Assembly: GCA_023266115.1 (NCBI GenBank)
Contig: JAHFRU010000007.1
Span: 9,939-73,938, forward strand
Direction: 5' to 3'
Length of the DNA: 64,000 nucleotides
Source: Gammaproteobacteria bacterium
GTDB lineage: Bacteria; Pseudomonadota; Gammaproteobacteria; VBWC01
Shown: positions 54,420-64,000 of the stretch, one piece after another
Layout: each line of letters starts with the position of its first letter
Numbering within the stretch: the first letter of the stretch is position 1
Position numbers and translations under genes: made by a program
Notes under the pieces: generated by a model
Told to the model about the DNA's origin: nothing
Seen by the model: the letters and a program-made list of their open reading frames with translations, nothing else
Databases searched by the model: none

Positions 54420-56861
54420 TCAATGCGCGCGGATATGCGTGCGCTTCTTACGCTTGGTGGATTTTTCCTGTCCGACAACCGGCGCCGATCCTGCCTCAAT
54501 CCAGGGCTCCGGCAGGCGTTGCAACGCTACCTCAAGGACTTCATCGATCCATTTAACCGGCCGAAGATCGAGGTGTTGCTTGATGTTCTTCGGAATCTCC
54601 GCGAGGTCACGCCGGTTTTCTTCGGGTATCAATACCGTACGAATACCGCCGCGATGCGCAGCAAGCAGCTTCTCCTTGAGGCCACCGATAGGCAAGACCT
54701 CCCCACGCAAGGTAATTTCGCCGGTCATCGCTACATCCGCACGCACCGGAATACCGGTCAACACCGACACCAGCGTCGTGCACATGCCGATGCCCGCACT
54801 CGGACCATCCTTGGGTATTGCACCTTCCGGAACGTGTATGTGCACGTCACGTTTCTGGTAGAAGTCCGGCTCGATACCGAGCGACGCGGCCCGGCTGCGC
54901 ACGACGGTCATCGCCGCCTGCGCGGACTCCTGCATGACATCGCCCACCTGGCCGGTAATCATCAGCTTGCCCTTGCCGGGCAACACCGCACTTTCAATCG
55001 TCAGCAGATCGCCGCCCACTTCGGTCCAGGCGAGACCGGTCACCTGGCCGATCTGGTCACGCTCTTCGGCACGACCGAAGCGGAAACGTTTTACGCCAAG
55101 ATACTTCTCCAGATTCCGGCAGGTCACGGTGACCATCTTCGTCGTCGGCACGAGCAACACACGCTTCACAACCTTGCGACAGATCTTGGAAATCTCGCGT
55201 TCAAGATTCCGCACGCCGGCTTCGCGCGTATAGTAACGAATGATGCCGCGCAGGGCACCCTCGGTCACACTGATCTCCGATTCCTTCAACCCGTTGGTGG
55301 TTATCTGCTTCGGCACCAGGTAGCGCGCGGCGATATTCATCTTTTCGTCCTCGGTGTAACCGGGGATACGGATCACTTCCATACGATCGAGCAACGGCGC
55401 CGGAATACCGCTCAGCGTGTTCGCCGTACAGACGAACATGACATCGGAAAGATCATAATCGACCTCAAGATAGTGGTCAGCGAAAGTATTGTTCTGCTCA
55501 GGATCGAGCACCTCGAGCAGAGCGGACGACGGATCGCCGCGAAAATCCATCGACATCTTGTCGACTTCATCGAGCAGGAACAGCGGGTTCCTCACCTTTA
55601 TCTTGGCCAGGTTCTGCACGATCTTGCCGGGCATCGAACCGATATAGGTGCGGCGGTGACCGCGGATCTCGGCCTCGTCACGCACACCACCCAGCGACAT
55701 GCGCACGAATTTCCGGTTGGTCGAGCGCGCAATCGAGCGGCCCAGCGAGGTCTTGCCGACACCGGGAGGTCCGACCAGGCAAAGCACCGGGCCCTTCAAC
55801 TTGCTGACACGCTGTTGCACGGCAAGAAACTCAAGTATCCGCTCCTTAACCTTCTCCAGGCCGTAGTGATCAGCCTCGAGTATCTTTTCCGCTTCGCCCA
55901 GATCGCGGAAAATCTTGGTGCGCGCCTTCCACGGCACAGTAACCATCCAGTCAATGTAGTTGCGCACGACCGTCGCTTCGGCTGACATCGGCGACATCAT
56001 CTTCAGCTTGTTGAGCTCAGCCGTCGCTTTTTCCTTGGCCTCCTTGGGCATACCAGCCTTTTCGATCTTGCGCGCCAGCTCTTCGGTTTCATTGGGCACT
56101 TCGTCCATTTCACCGAGTTCTTTCTGGATGGCCTTCATCTGCTCATTCAGGAAGTATTCGCGCTGGCTCTTCTCCATCTGGCGCTTGACGCGGCCGCGAA
56201 TGCGCTTTTCAACCTGCAACAGGTCTATTTCGGATTCGATGATCGCCATCAGCCGTTCGAGACGTGCCCGCGCGTCTTCCATCTCAAGCAACGCCTGCTT
56301 TTCATCGATCTTCAGCGACATATGCGCCGCCACAGTATCGGCCAGGCGGCCTGGATCATCGATACTGGCGAGCGAAGACAGAATTTCTGGCGGGACCTTG
56401 TTGTTGAGTTTTACATATTGATCGAACTGGTTGAGTATCGAACGTGCAAGTACCTCGGCCTCGCGCTCGGACAATTCGCTGGACTTCAGAGGCTCCACTT
56501 CCGCCGAGAAATATCCGGAGTCCTCGGTAACGAAAGTCTTGATGCGACCGCGCTCGGTCCCCTCCACCAGCACCTTGACGGTACCATCGGGAAGTTTCAG
56601 AAGCTGCAGGATGCTGGACACGGTGCCCACATGGTAGAGATCGCTTTCGCCCGGATCGTCGATCGCCGCATCCTTCTGCGCGATCAGAAAGATCTGCTTC
56701 TTGGCTTCCATCGCCGCTTCGAGCGCACGAATCGACTTTTCACGCCCGACAAAAAGCGGTATCACCATATGGGGATAGACGACGACGTCGCGCAGCGGCA
56801 GGACCGGTATATTCGCGAGCCGTTCTTCCGGCGTTTGGGCTGTGTCCTTCGCTTTGGCCAT
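54420..56861 (-). CDS. lon: ATP-dependent Lon protease
   Basis: Start MAKAKDT... at 56861. Walker [10 protein letters not shown]. Protease site PKDGPSAGI. Confidence 0.95.
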   Translation of the reverse strand: MAKAKDTAQTPEERLANIPVLPLRDVVVYPHMVIPLFVGREKSIRALEAAMEAKKQIFLIAQKDAAIDDPGESDLYHVGTVSSILQLLKLPDGTVKVLVEGTERGRIKTFVTEDSGYFSAEVEPLKSSELSEREAEVLARSILNQFDQYVKLNNKVPPEILSSLASIDDPGRLADTVAAHMSLKIDEKQALLEMEDARARLERLMAIIESEIDLLQVEKRIRGRVKRQMEKSQREYFLNEQMKAIQKELGEMDEVPNETEELARKIEKAGMPKEAKEKATAELNKLKMMSPMSAEATVVRNYIDWMVTVPWKARTKIFRDLGEAEKILEADHYGLEKVKERILEFLAVQQRVSKLKGPVLCLVGPPGVGKTSLGRSIARSTNRKFVRMSLGGVRDEAEIRGHRRTYIGSMPGKIVQNLAKIKVRNPLFLLDEVDKMSMDFRGDPSSALLEVLDPEQNNTFADHYLEVDYDLSDVMFVCTANTLSGIPAPLLDRMEVIRIPGYTEDEKMNIAARYLVPKQITTNGLKESEISVTEGALRGIIRYYTREAGVRNLEREISKICRKVVKRVLLVPTTKMVTVTCRNLEKYLGVKRFRFGRAEERDQIGQVTGLAWTEVGGDLLTIESAVLPGKGKLMITGQVGDVMQESAQAAMTVVRSRAASLGIEPDFYQKRDVHIHVPEGAIPKDGPSAGIGMCTTLVSVLTGIPVRADVAMTGEITLRGEVLPIGGLKEKLLAAHRGGIRTVLIPEENRRDLAEIPKNIKQHLDLRPVKWIDEVLEVALQRLPEPWIEAGSAPVVGQEKSTKRKKRTHIRAH

Positions 56862-57079
56862 ATGCAGTTTACCTCTGGTTAAATGCCCGTGCGGCTCACT
56901 TTCGTGCCTCACCGACGCCAATGCTCGTTGGGTCATGACGACTGCCGCGCAGTGGCAGGCGTCAAGATACCTACATGGAGTCACCTTTCCGGTATTTCAA
57001 GCAGGTTTTGTGCCAGCCCCCTGCCACCGAGCCTGGCTGTCGCCGCGGCAGTGACCCGCCGCGGGACATGGGCTCTCGC

Positions 57080-58363
57080 TTAGTCAGTATGTGCGACCAG
57101 CAGTTGATTTTCGCTGCTTTCAAAAATCAGCAGCGGCTTGGAATCCTCTGCGATAACCGACTCGTCGATGACAACCTTGGAAACGTCGTCCATCGATGGC
57201 AGATCGTACATGGTGTCGAGCAAAACGTGCTCGAGTATGGAGCGCAAACCACGCGCACCTGTTTTGCGCTCCATCGCTTTGAGGGCGACCGCACGCAAGG
57301 CGTCGTCGCGAAATTCGAGCTCGCACCCTTCCATCTCGAACAGTCGCGTGTACTGTTTCGTGATGGCGTTCTTCGGCTCGGTGAGAATCTGCATCAATGC
57401 ATCTTCATCAAGCTCCTCCAGCGTCGCCACTACCGGGAGCCGCCCGACAAACTCCGGAATAAGACCGTATTTGATCAAATCCTCGGGCTCGACCGAGTGG
57501 ATAACTTCGCTCAGGCTGCGTTTGTCATCCTTGCTGCGCACCTCGGCCGCGAAACCGATGCCGCCCTTTTCGGTACGCGCGCTGATAATTTTTTCCAGGC
57601 CCGCGAACGCGCCGCCGCAAATAAACAGAATGTTCGAGGTATTGACCTGTAGAAATTCCTGCTGCGGATGCTTGCGACCTCCCTGTGGCGGAACCGACGC
57701 GATAGTGCCTTCGATCAGCTTGAGCAGCGCCTGCTGCACGCCCTCGCCCGAGACATCGCGCGTAATCGACGGATTGTCCGATTTACGCGAAATCTTGTCG
57801 ATTTCGTCGATGTAAACAATACCCGTCTGTGCCTTCTCGACATCGTAGTCACATTTCTGCAACAGCTTCTGGATGATGTTTTCGACATCCTCACCGACAT
57901 AGCCGGCCTCGGTCAACGTCGTAGCGTCGGCAATCGTGAACGGCACGTTCAACAAACGCGCTAGCGTCTCGGCTAATAAAGTCTTACCGCAACCGGTAGG
58001 ACCGATCAGCAGAATGTTGCTTTTCGCAAGCTCGACATCATCTTTCTTGTTGCTGGCGTCAAGACGCTTATAGTGGTTGTACACCGCCACCGACAGCACC
58101 TTTTTGGCATGCGACTGTCCGACTACGTATTCATTAAGAATGTTATAGATCTCGTGCGGAGTTGGCAGCTTGCCTTTTCCGGTAACGCCTTTCTCCTGCA
58201 CTTCTTCACGGATGATGTCATTACAGAGTTCCACGCACTCATCGCAAACGAACACCGACGGCCCGGCAATGAGTTTACGAACCTCATGCTGGCTTTTGCC
58301 GCAAAACGAGCAATACAACAGCTTGTCGCTGTCATCGCCTTTGTTGTGTTTGTCGTCGCTCAT
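57080..58363 (-). CDS. clpX: ATP-dependent Clp protease ATP-binding subunit ClpX
   Basis: Zinc-binding N-terminus CSFCGK...CDEC. Walker A GPTGCGKT. Confidence 0.96.
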   Translation of the reverse strand: MSDDKHNKGDDSDKLLYCSFCGKSQHEVRKLIAGPSVFVCDECVELCNDIIREEVQEKGVTGKGKLPTPHEIYNILNEYVVGQSHAKKVLSVAVYNHYKRLDASNKKDDVELAKSNILLIGPTGCGKTLLAETLARLLNVPFTIADATTLTEAGYVGEDVENIIQKLLQKCDYDVEKAQTGIVYIDEIDKISRKSDNPSITRDVSGEGVQQALLKLIEGTIASVPPQGGRKHPQQEFLQVNTSNILFICGGAFAGLEKIISARTEKGGIGFAAEVRSKDDKRSLSEVIHSVEPEDLIKYGLIPEFVGRLPVVATLEELDEDALMQILTEPKNAITKQYTRLFEMEGCELEFRDDALRAVALKAMERKTGARGLRSILEHVLLDTMYDLPSMDDVSKVVIDESVIAEDSKPLLIFESSENQLLVAHTD

Positions 58364-58446
58364 AACGGGTTCCGCTCTGCTAATGTAGACACTGATACTT
58401 TAAACGAGTTCGCCAGCCTGTAAACACGTCAATCGCGTTGTCGGAT

Positions 58447-59139
58447 TCAATCTTTCTCGACCCCGGCCTCGACACTGGCCACTTTACGCCGTTCCAGCAC
58501 CGAATCGACAAGCCCATACTCCACTCCTTCCTCGGCGCTCATGAAGCGGTCGCGATCGGTATCCACCCTTACCTTCTTTAGCGGCTGACCCGTGTGTTTC
58601 GTGAGAACCTCATTGAGGCGGTCGCGCACACGCAGAATTTCCTTCGCATGGATATCGATATCCGTCGCCTGGCCCTGGAATCCGCCCAGCGGCTGGTGAA
58701 TCATGAGGCGGGAATGCGGCAGGCAATAGCGCTTTCCGGCAGCGCCACCAGCCAGCAACAAAGCCCCCATGCTCGCGGCCTGACCGATACACATCGTGCT
58801 AACGTCTGGCTGAATAAACTGCATCGTATCGTATATCGCCATACCGGCTGTCACGGCGCCTCCCGGTGAGTTGATATACAAATGAACGTCCTTGTCTGGA
58901 TTCTCGGACTCCAGAAACAGCAGCTGTGCGACAACCAGATTTGCCATATGGTCTTCGACAGGTCCAACCAGAAAAATGACCCGCTCTTTAAGCAGACGGG
59001 AATATATGTCATATGCCCGTTCGCCCCGGGCGGACTGCTCGACGACCATCGGCACCAGATTAAGGCCGATAGGCTGGGGTACCGAACCACTCAATATCGT
59101 TTTAGTCACGCGTATACCTTCCGTAGTTGTATCCAGCAA
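58447..59139 (-). CDS. clpP: ATP-dependent Clp protease proteolytic subunit ClpP
   Basis: [30 protein letters not shown]..., active-site region GQAASMG. The real start may be the GTG at 59109 behind GGAAGG. Confidence 0.93.
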   Translation of the reverse strand: MLDTTTEGIRVTKTILSGSVPQPIGLNLVPMVVEQSARGERAYDIYSRLLKERVIFLVGPVEDHMANLVVAQLLFLESENPDKDVHLYINSPGGAVTAGMAIYDTMQFIQPDVSTMCIGQAASMGALLLAGGAAGKRYCLPHSRLMIHQPLGGFQGQATDIDIHAKEILRVRDRLNEVLTKHTGQPLKKVRVDTDRDRFMSAEEGVEYGLVDSVLERRKVASVEAGVEKD

Positions 59140-59426
59140 ATTTTAAGCCATCGGCGGCCATCGTGTAAGACATGCGGATTTTCAACTAACCGTAAACCAT
59201 ATTCACCCGCCGCCGCCTACTGGCCGCGGGACCACCGTCAAGCGCCCGAATGCGCCCACGCTGGTATTTCCGCGCCACCATACCATAACACCCTGAAATT
59301 TGTCAGAAGTTCCGGAAATCTACACGCATGGAGACCACCCTGCGGCAAAAAGCGACGGGGCGACGGCGAGATGCTCCGCCGTCACATTGTTGACGATGCC
59401 GGCCGCGCAACCGGCGCGCGACGAAC

Positions 59427-60755
59427 TTAAGACGATTGTTCGTTGAGAATCGATTGACGTTGGTTGATCAACTCGGCAAAGGTCGTGGGCCGATCGTTGA
59501 CCGTCACACGCGCCAGAATCCAGTCCACAAGCTGCTGTTCCAGTGTGACGCCCTCCATATCGGCCAGACGCTTGCGATCGGCGTAGTACCATTTAACAAC
59601 TTCTTCCGGATTATCGTAACTTTGCGCAAACGACTCGACGGCGGCTCGCAGCGCCTCCGGCGTCACCTTGATGTTGTTCTGGCGCATGGTTTCCGCGAGG
59701 ATCAGGCGCAATACCACGGTACGCCTGGCACGGACCTCGACTGTCTCGCGCGGAATATTGAGTTTGGCCGCCCTGGCCGGATCGATGCCCATACGCTCGA
59801 AGAAACGCGCCAGTATCTCGTTAGTCTCCTGATCGACGAGCGCCTGCGGGACTTCCACCGCGTTCGCCTTCGCCAGGGCATCCATAACTTGCGCGCGCAC
59901 GGCGGTCTTGATCGCGTCCCGCTGCTCATGCGCCATACTCTTTTTCATCTCCTCGCGCATCGTGTCCACATTGCCATCGACGACGCCAAACGTTTTCGCG
60001 AACTCCTCGTCGATCTCGGGCAAGCGCGCGGCTTCTACCATCTTGACTATCACCTTGAACTGCACCGGCTGACCGGCCAGTGCGACGACGTGATAATCCG
60101 CCGGAAACGTCAGATCAAGCGTTAACGCATCGCCCGCCGCGGCTCCGATCAACCGATCCTCAAACCCGGGGATCATGGCGCCGGATCCCAGCATCAACTG
60201 AAAATTCTCGGCACTGTTACCGGCAAACGGCTCGCCCGACATATTGCCGACGAAATCGATGGTGCCACGGTCGCCATCGGCTGCGGTACGATCCACCGCA
60301 GCCCAGGTCGCGCGCTGGCGGCGCATCTTCTCCAGCATCTCGTCAACATCCTGCTCGGTGATATCCGCCGTCGGGCGGGAAATCGTTATCCCTTCCAGTG
60401 ACACGCTGTTGATCGTCGGGTAGACCTCGAACGTCGCCGTATACGCCAACGGCTTGCCCGGCTCGATCTTCACCTCACCGATCTTCGGCGCGCCGGCGGG
60501 ACGCAGGCTTTTCTGGACCACGGCCTCGGAGAAACTGGATTGCACCACATCGCTGACGACTTCGTCGCGCACCTGGGGGCCATATTTACGTTCAATCACT
60601 TTCAGCGGCGTCTTGCCGGGCCGGAAGCCCGCCACGCGCGCGGTACGCACCATGGATTTCAATCGGGCGTGGATCTCACTTTCAATACGCTCCGCCGGAA
60701 TCTCCACCGTCATGCGGCGCTCGAGGCCTTGCGTGGTAGTCACAGACACTTGCAT
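59427..60755 (-). CDS. tig: Trigger factor
   Basis: Start MQVSVTTTQGLERRMTVEIP at 60755. Full-length Tig-like sequence. Confidence 0.94.
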   Translation of the reverse strand: MQVSVTTTQGLERRMTVEIPAERIESEIHARLKSMVRTARVAGFRPGKTPLKVIERKYGPQVRDEVVSDVVQSSFSEAVVQKSLRPAGAPKIGEVKIEPGKPLAYTATFEVYPTINSVSLEGITISRPTADITEQDVDEMLEKMRRQRATWAAVDRTAADGDRGTIDFVGNMSGEPFAGNSAENFQLMLGSGAMIPGFEDRLIGAAAGDALTLDLTFPADYHVVALAGQPVQFKVIVKMVEAARLPEIDEEFAKTFGVVDGNVDTMREEMKKSMAHEQRDAIKTAVRAQVMDALAKANAVEVPQALVDQETNEILARFFERMGIDPARAAKLNIPRETVEVRARRTVVLRLILAETMRQNNIKVTPEALRAAVESFAQSYDNPEEVVKWYYADRKRLADMEGVTLEQQLVDWILARVTVNDRPTTFAELINQRQSILNEQSS

Positions 60756-60838
60756 TTCAGTTCCCCTGAGGCATGTCATGCACGCCACGATATTGTTAAG
60801 CAATAACTATCTGGCTCACGTCGACGTTCCTGCCAAGC

Positions 60839-60923
60839 TGGTGCGAAAGGAGAGACTCGAACTCTCACGGGTTTCCCCACTGGCACCTAAAGCCAGCGCG
60901 TCTACCAATTTCGCCACTTTCGC
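60839..60923 (-). tRNA. tRNA-Leu (TAG)
   Basis: Reverse complement is GCGAAAGTGGCGAAATTGGTAGACGCGCTGGCTTTAGGTGCCAGTGGGGAAACCCGTGAGAGTTCGAGTCTCTCCTTTCGCACCA, with a long variable arm. Confidence 0.93.
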
Positions 60924-61073
60924 TGCTATCAACCGCCAATTATACCGGACCCGGCCGGACGCACCCGTCCTTTACGCCGACATCCGGAAGTGGCGCACGC
61001 ACTGGGGCTATTCACACGATCCGTCATGCGTCGCTGAGAAATCCATGGCAGGATTTTTCAACGTTTCCCAAAC

Positions 61074-61102
61074 AAAAAAAGGGCCAATGCGCGCGCAGGC
61101 CC
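61074..61102 (-). terminator. Intrinsic terminator downstream of tRNA-Lys
   Basis: On the minus strand: GGGCC-UGCGCGCGCAUU-GGCCC followed by U7. Confidence 0.55.
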
Positions 61103-61111
61103 TGATAATTG

Positions 61112-61187
<76 letters not shown>

Positions 61188-61243
61188 GTTATTAACTTAT
61201 AAGTGAGCCATATCCTCACGGACGGGCTCACACGATTGCAAAA

Positions 61244-61320
61244 TGGGGTGGACGACGGGGCTTGAACCCGCGACAACCGGAATCACAATCCGGGACTCTA
61301 CCGACTGAGCTACGTCCACC
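61244..61320 (-). tRNA. tRNA-His (GTG), with G-1
   Basis: Reverse complement is GGTGGACGTAGCTCAGTCGGTAGAGTCCCGGATTGTGATTCCGGTTGTCGCGGGTTCAAGCCCCGTCGTCCACCCCA. Confidence 0.95.
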
Positions 61321-61363
61321 GTTGACAAATCGTTGTTGTAACTCCCCTACCCGGGTGGCAGAT

Positions 61364-61440
61364 TGGCGCGCCCGGCAGGACTCGAACCTGCTACCCTCGG
61401 CTTAGAAGGCCGATGCTCTATCCAGATGAGCTACGGGCGC
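61364..61440 (-). tRNA. tRNA-Arg (TCT)
   Basis: Reverse complement is GCGCCCGTAGCTCATCTGGATAGAGCATCGGCCTTCTAAGCCGAGGGTAGCAGGTTCGAGTCCTGCCGGGCGCGCCA. Confidence 0.95.
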
Positions 61441-61523
61441 ACGGCAAACGAGCCTCAAAGTATAACGATTTCCCGCCGGGCCAGGGACACTCCCCGCTGC
61501 CCTCGACCTCGCCTCCGGTGCGT

Positions 61524-61600
61524 TGGTCGGGGTAGAGGGATTCGAACCCCCGACATCCAGCTCCCAAAGCTGGCGCGCTACCAGACTGCGCTATACCCCG
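61524..61600 (-). tRNA. tRNA-Pro (TGG)
   Basis: Reverse complement is CGGGGTATAGCGCAGTCTGGTAGCGCGCCAGCTTTGGGAGCTGGATGTCGGGGGTTCGAATCCCTCTACCCCGACCA. Confidence 0.95.
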
Positions 61601-61753
61601 ACGATGCAAAATCACCGGCACCACAGGCACTTGTCTCGCACGCTGCTGTCCCGCGCGTCGCGGCTGAGCCCCGAGGAACGAGGCTGGCGATGATACGCGG
61701 CGCCTCATCCTCGCGTCAAATCCGGACGGCACCAATAGCAGTGAGGCCACGCT

Positions 61754-62881
61754 TCAGCCCCGCACCCGAAACCAGGCGATCAGAAAAGCCGCGGCGCTGA
61801 TGCACGCCGCGACCATGAACGTCAACGTCGCGCCCCCGGACTCCCACAAATAGCCGCCGTAAAGTGCGCCGACCGCACCGCCGGCGCCGAAGCTCAGGCT
61901 GCTATACAACGCCTGGCCGCGCCCCTGATGGCACCCGACGAAATTGCGGTGAATCAGCTGGATGGCCGTCGCGTGAAAAAGACCGAAACTGGCTGCGTGC
62001 AGCAGCTGCGCTGCGATAAGCAGCGGCATCGCGTCGACATACCAGCCGATCAGCACCCAGCGCAGTGAGGCGAGCACCAGACCGCTCAGCAACAGCCCGC
62101 GCAAGCCAAACCAGGGCAGCAGCCGGGGCATGACCAGAAACACACCGACCTCGGCGATCACGCCGAGCGCCCAGAGCTGGCCGATGACGCTGCGGGAGTA
62201 ACCGTGCTCCTGCAGATAGATCGAATAGAACGTGTAGTAGGGACCGTGACTGGCCTGCATCAGAAAGCAGACCACCAGCAGGGCGATCACATCGGGCCGT
62301 TTCAGCACGTTGAGGATAGGCTCGTGGCGGCCATCGAACGGCGGTGCGTCACGCTCCGGTACCGCCAGGCTGGCCAGCCAGATCCCGGCGAACAGCACCA
62401 GCAGTACCGGCGGCAGCAGCGTCACACCATGCCGGTCGAGCAGCGGCCCCAGGCCGGCGACCGCGCAGATAAAGCCGATCGAGCCCCACAGGCGTATGCG
62501 GCTGTAGCGATGCGCATGCGCGCCGAGATAATTCAGCGTGGTCGCTTCGAATTGCGGCAACGACGCGTTCCAGAAAAAGCTGAAACCCATCATGATGAGC
62601 GCCAGCCACCAGTAACTGCTGCCAAAGAATACGCCGGCGAAAGCTACCGCGGCGCAGAACGAAGCAATACGAACAATCGCGATGCGCCTGCCGGTATGAT
62701 CGGCGATCCAGCCCCATACGTTGGGTGCGATGATCTTGGTAGCCATAATCAGCGCCATCAACTCGCCGATATCAGCGGCACTGAAGCCGAGTGCATCCAG
62801 GTACAGCGCCCAGTATGGCAACAGCGCACCGAGCGACGCGAAAAAGAACAGATAGAATGTCGACAGCCGCCAGTAAGGCAT
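61754..62881 (-). CDS. MFS transporter (HcaT / PPP-family-like, MFS_1_like)
   Basis: 375 aa with 12 predicted TM helices. N-terminus MPYWRLSTFYLFFFASLGALLPYWALYL is typical of this MFS subfamily. Confidence 0.8.
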   Translation of the reverse strand: MPYWRLSTFYLFFFASLGALLPYWALYLDALGFSAADIGELMALIMATKIIAPNVWGWIADHTGRRIAIVRIASFCAAVAFAGVFFGSSYWWLALIMMGFSFFWNASLPQFEATTLNYLGAHAHRYSRIRLWGSIGFICAVAGLGPLLDRHGVTLLPPVLLVLFAGIWLASLAVPERDAPPFDGRHEPILNVLKRPDVIALLVVCFLMQASHGPYYTFYSIYLQEHGYSRSVIGQLWALGVIAEVGVFLVMPRLLPWFGLRGLLLSGLVLASLRWVLIGWYVDAMPLLIAAQLLHAASFGLFHATAIQLIHRNFVGCHQGRGQALYSSLSFGAGGAVGALYGGYLWESGGATLTFMVAACISAAAFLIAWFRVRG

Positions 62882-62933
62882 GGTGATACAGTTTGCGTAA
62901 GCTACACGGGCGAGAAGTGGCGCCGGGCCGGCG

Positions 62934-64000
62934 TCAAGTATCGCGGCGTATGAATCGACCGGCGGGAATAATCGGCGTCACGGAAACCACGTCCCTGTTC
63001 TGCGCGCGATGGCGCAGCACATGGTCCATCAGCACCAGCGCGAGCATCGCCTCGGCGATCGGCGTCGCGCGTATGCCAACGCACGGGTCATGCCGGCCGG
63101 TCGTTACAACCTCCGCCGCTGCACCGGTGATGTCGACGGTCTGCCCCGGAATGCGGATGCTCGAGGTCGGTTTCAGCGCCATGCTCGCGACGATATCCTG
63201 CCCCGAAGAAATGCCGCCGAGTACGCCGCCGGCGTTGTTGCTCAAGAATCCGTCCGGGGTGATCTCGTCGCGATGTTCGGTGCCGCGCTGCTCGACGCAG
63301 GCAAAGCCCGCACCCAGTTCCACCGCCTTGACGGCGTTGATGCTCATCAGCGCATGGGCAATATCCGCATCGAGGCGATCAAAAATCGGCTCGCCGAGTC
63401 CCGGCAGCACACCGGTCGCCACCACGGTAAGACGCGCGCCGATGGAATTGCCTTCCTTGCGCAGCGCATCCATGAACGCCTCCATCTCCGGCACCTTCGT
63501 GGCGTCCGGGCAAAAGAACGGGTTGCGCTCGACCTCGGCCCAGTCGAAACGCTCGGCCCGTATCGGGCCGAGTTGCGCGAGAAAGCCGCGGATGCGGATG
63601 CCGTAACGGCTCGCCAGATATTTTTTTGCAATTGCGCCGGCCGCGACACGCATCGCGGTCTCGCGCGCCGACGAACGCCCGCCGCCGCGGTAGTCGCGCA
63701 CGCCGTATTTCTGCTGATAGGTGTAATCGGCGTGGCCCGGACGAAAACGGTCCATGATTTTGGCGTAATCCCGGGACCGCTGGTCGGTGTTCTCGATCAG
63801 CAGACCGATCGGCGTGCCCGTGGTCTTGCCTTCAAACACACCCGAGAGAATCCGGACCTCGTCGTCCTCGCGACGCTGCGTGGTATGACGCGACTGGCCG
63901 GGCTTACGCCGGTCCAGATCGCGCTGCAGATCGGCCTCGTTAAGCTCAAGCCCCGGTGGGCAACCATCGACGATGCAGCCGAGCGCCGGCCCATGACTCT
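62934..64000 (-). CDS. aroC: Chorismate synthase AroC (5' end beyond window)
   Basis: ...[24 protein letters not shown]...[14 protein letters not shown]...[11 protein letters not shown]... The frame stays open to the window edge. Confidence 0.93.
   Translation of the reverse strand, partial: SHGPALGCIVDGCPPGLELNEADLQRDLDRRKPGQSRHTTQRREDDEVRILSGVFEGKTTGTPIGLLIENTDQRSRDYAKIMDRFRPGHADYTYQQKYGVRDYRGGGRSSARETAMRVAAGAIAKKYLASRYGIRIRGFLAQLGPIRAERFDWAEVERNPFFCPDATKVPEMEAFMDALRKEGNSIGARLTVVATGVLPGLGEPIFDRLDADIAHALMSINAVKAVELGAGFACVEQRGTEHRDEITPDGFLSNNAGGVLGGISSGQDIVASMALKPTSSIRIPGQTVDITGAAAEVVTTGRHDPCVGIRATPIAEAMLALVLMDHVLRHRAQNRDVVSVTPIIPAGRFIRRDT

Overview
High-GC proteobacterial chromosomal segment with beta/gamma-type synteny (tig-clpP-clpX-lon-hupB-tRNA-ppiD). 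Almost all genes are on the minus strand.

Gene content, left to right:
- 0.5-5.8 kb: nitrate-assimilation uptake block. It holds an NrtA/B/D-type ABC transporter, a NasT ANTAR regulator with a textbook two-hairpin antitermination leader, and a porin.
- 6.3-9.2 kb: small orphan cluster (heme-oxygenase-like di-iron protein, GNAT-like acyltransferase, small membrane protein, Fre-type flavin reductase). It is bracketed by two paralogous porin genes.
- 10.8-17.9 kb: moeA, an MscS-family channel, an MNT/HEPN toxin-antitoxin pair, greB and an OYE reductase. Three copies of an unexplained ~130-180 bp repeat and a duplicated moeA 3' end are interspersed among them.
- 18.1-33.2 kb: AT-richer defence island built on a rearranged type I R-M system. 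The parts are a full hsdM, a 5' hsdM fragment, a frameshifted hsdS and hsdR. Embedded modules are AbiEi/AbiEii (toxin fused to WYL and a Zn-ribbon-like tail), a DUF262/DUF1524 GmrSD-type enzyme, two RhuM-family genes (one fused to a Doc-type Fic domain), a decayed ParE-type TA pair, and an uncharacterised two-gene module.
- 33.4-37.9 kb: methyltransferase, bactofilin and glnE.
- 38.5-42.4 kb: an nsrR / ncgABC-nirK nitrite-reductase cluster with a near-perfect operator palindrome.
- 42.5-64 kb: a Yej-like peptide ABC importer, fabI, a glutamate-type symporter, ppiD, hupB, lon, clpX, clpP, tig, seven tRNAs, an MFS transporter and partial aroC.

A dRS3-like palindromic repeat family litters the intergenic regions and has even inserted in frame into hsdM. 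A second palindromic repeat sits in frame in hsdR. I saw no rRNA, CRISPR array, transposase or integrase.

The best candidate for a novel system is the two-gene module at 24.3-25.6 kb. The orphan di-iron/acyltransferase cluster is second.
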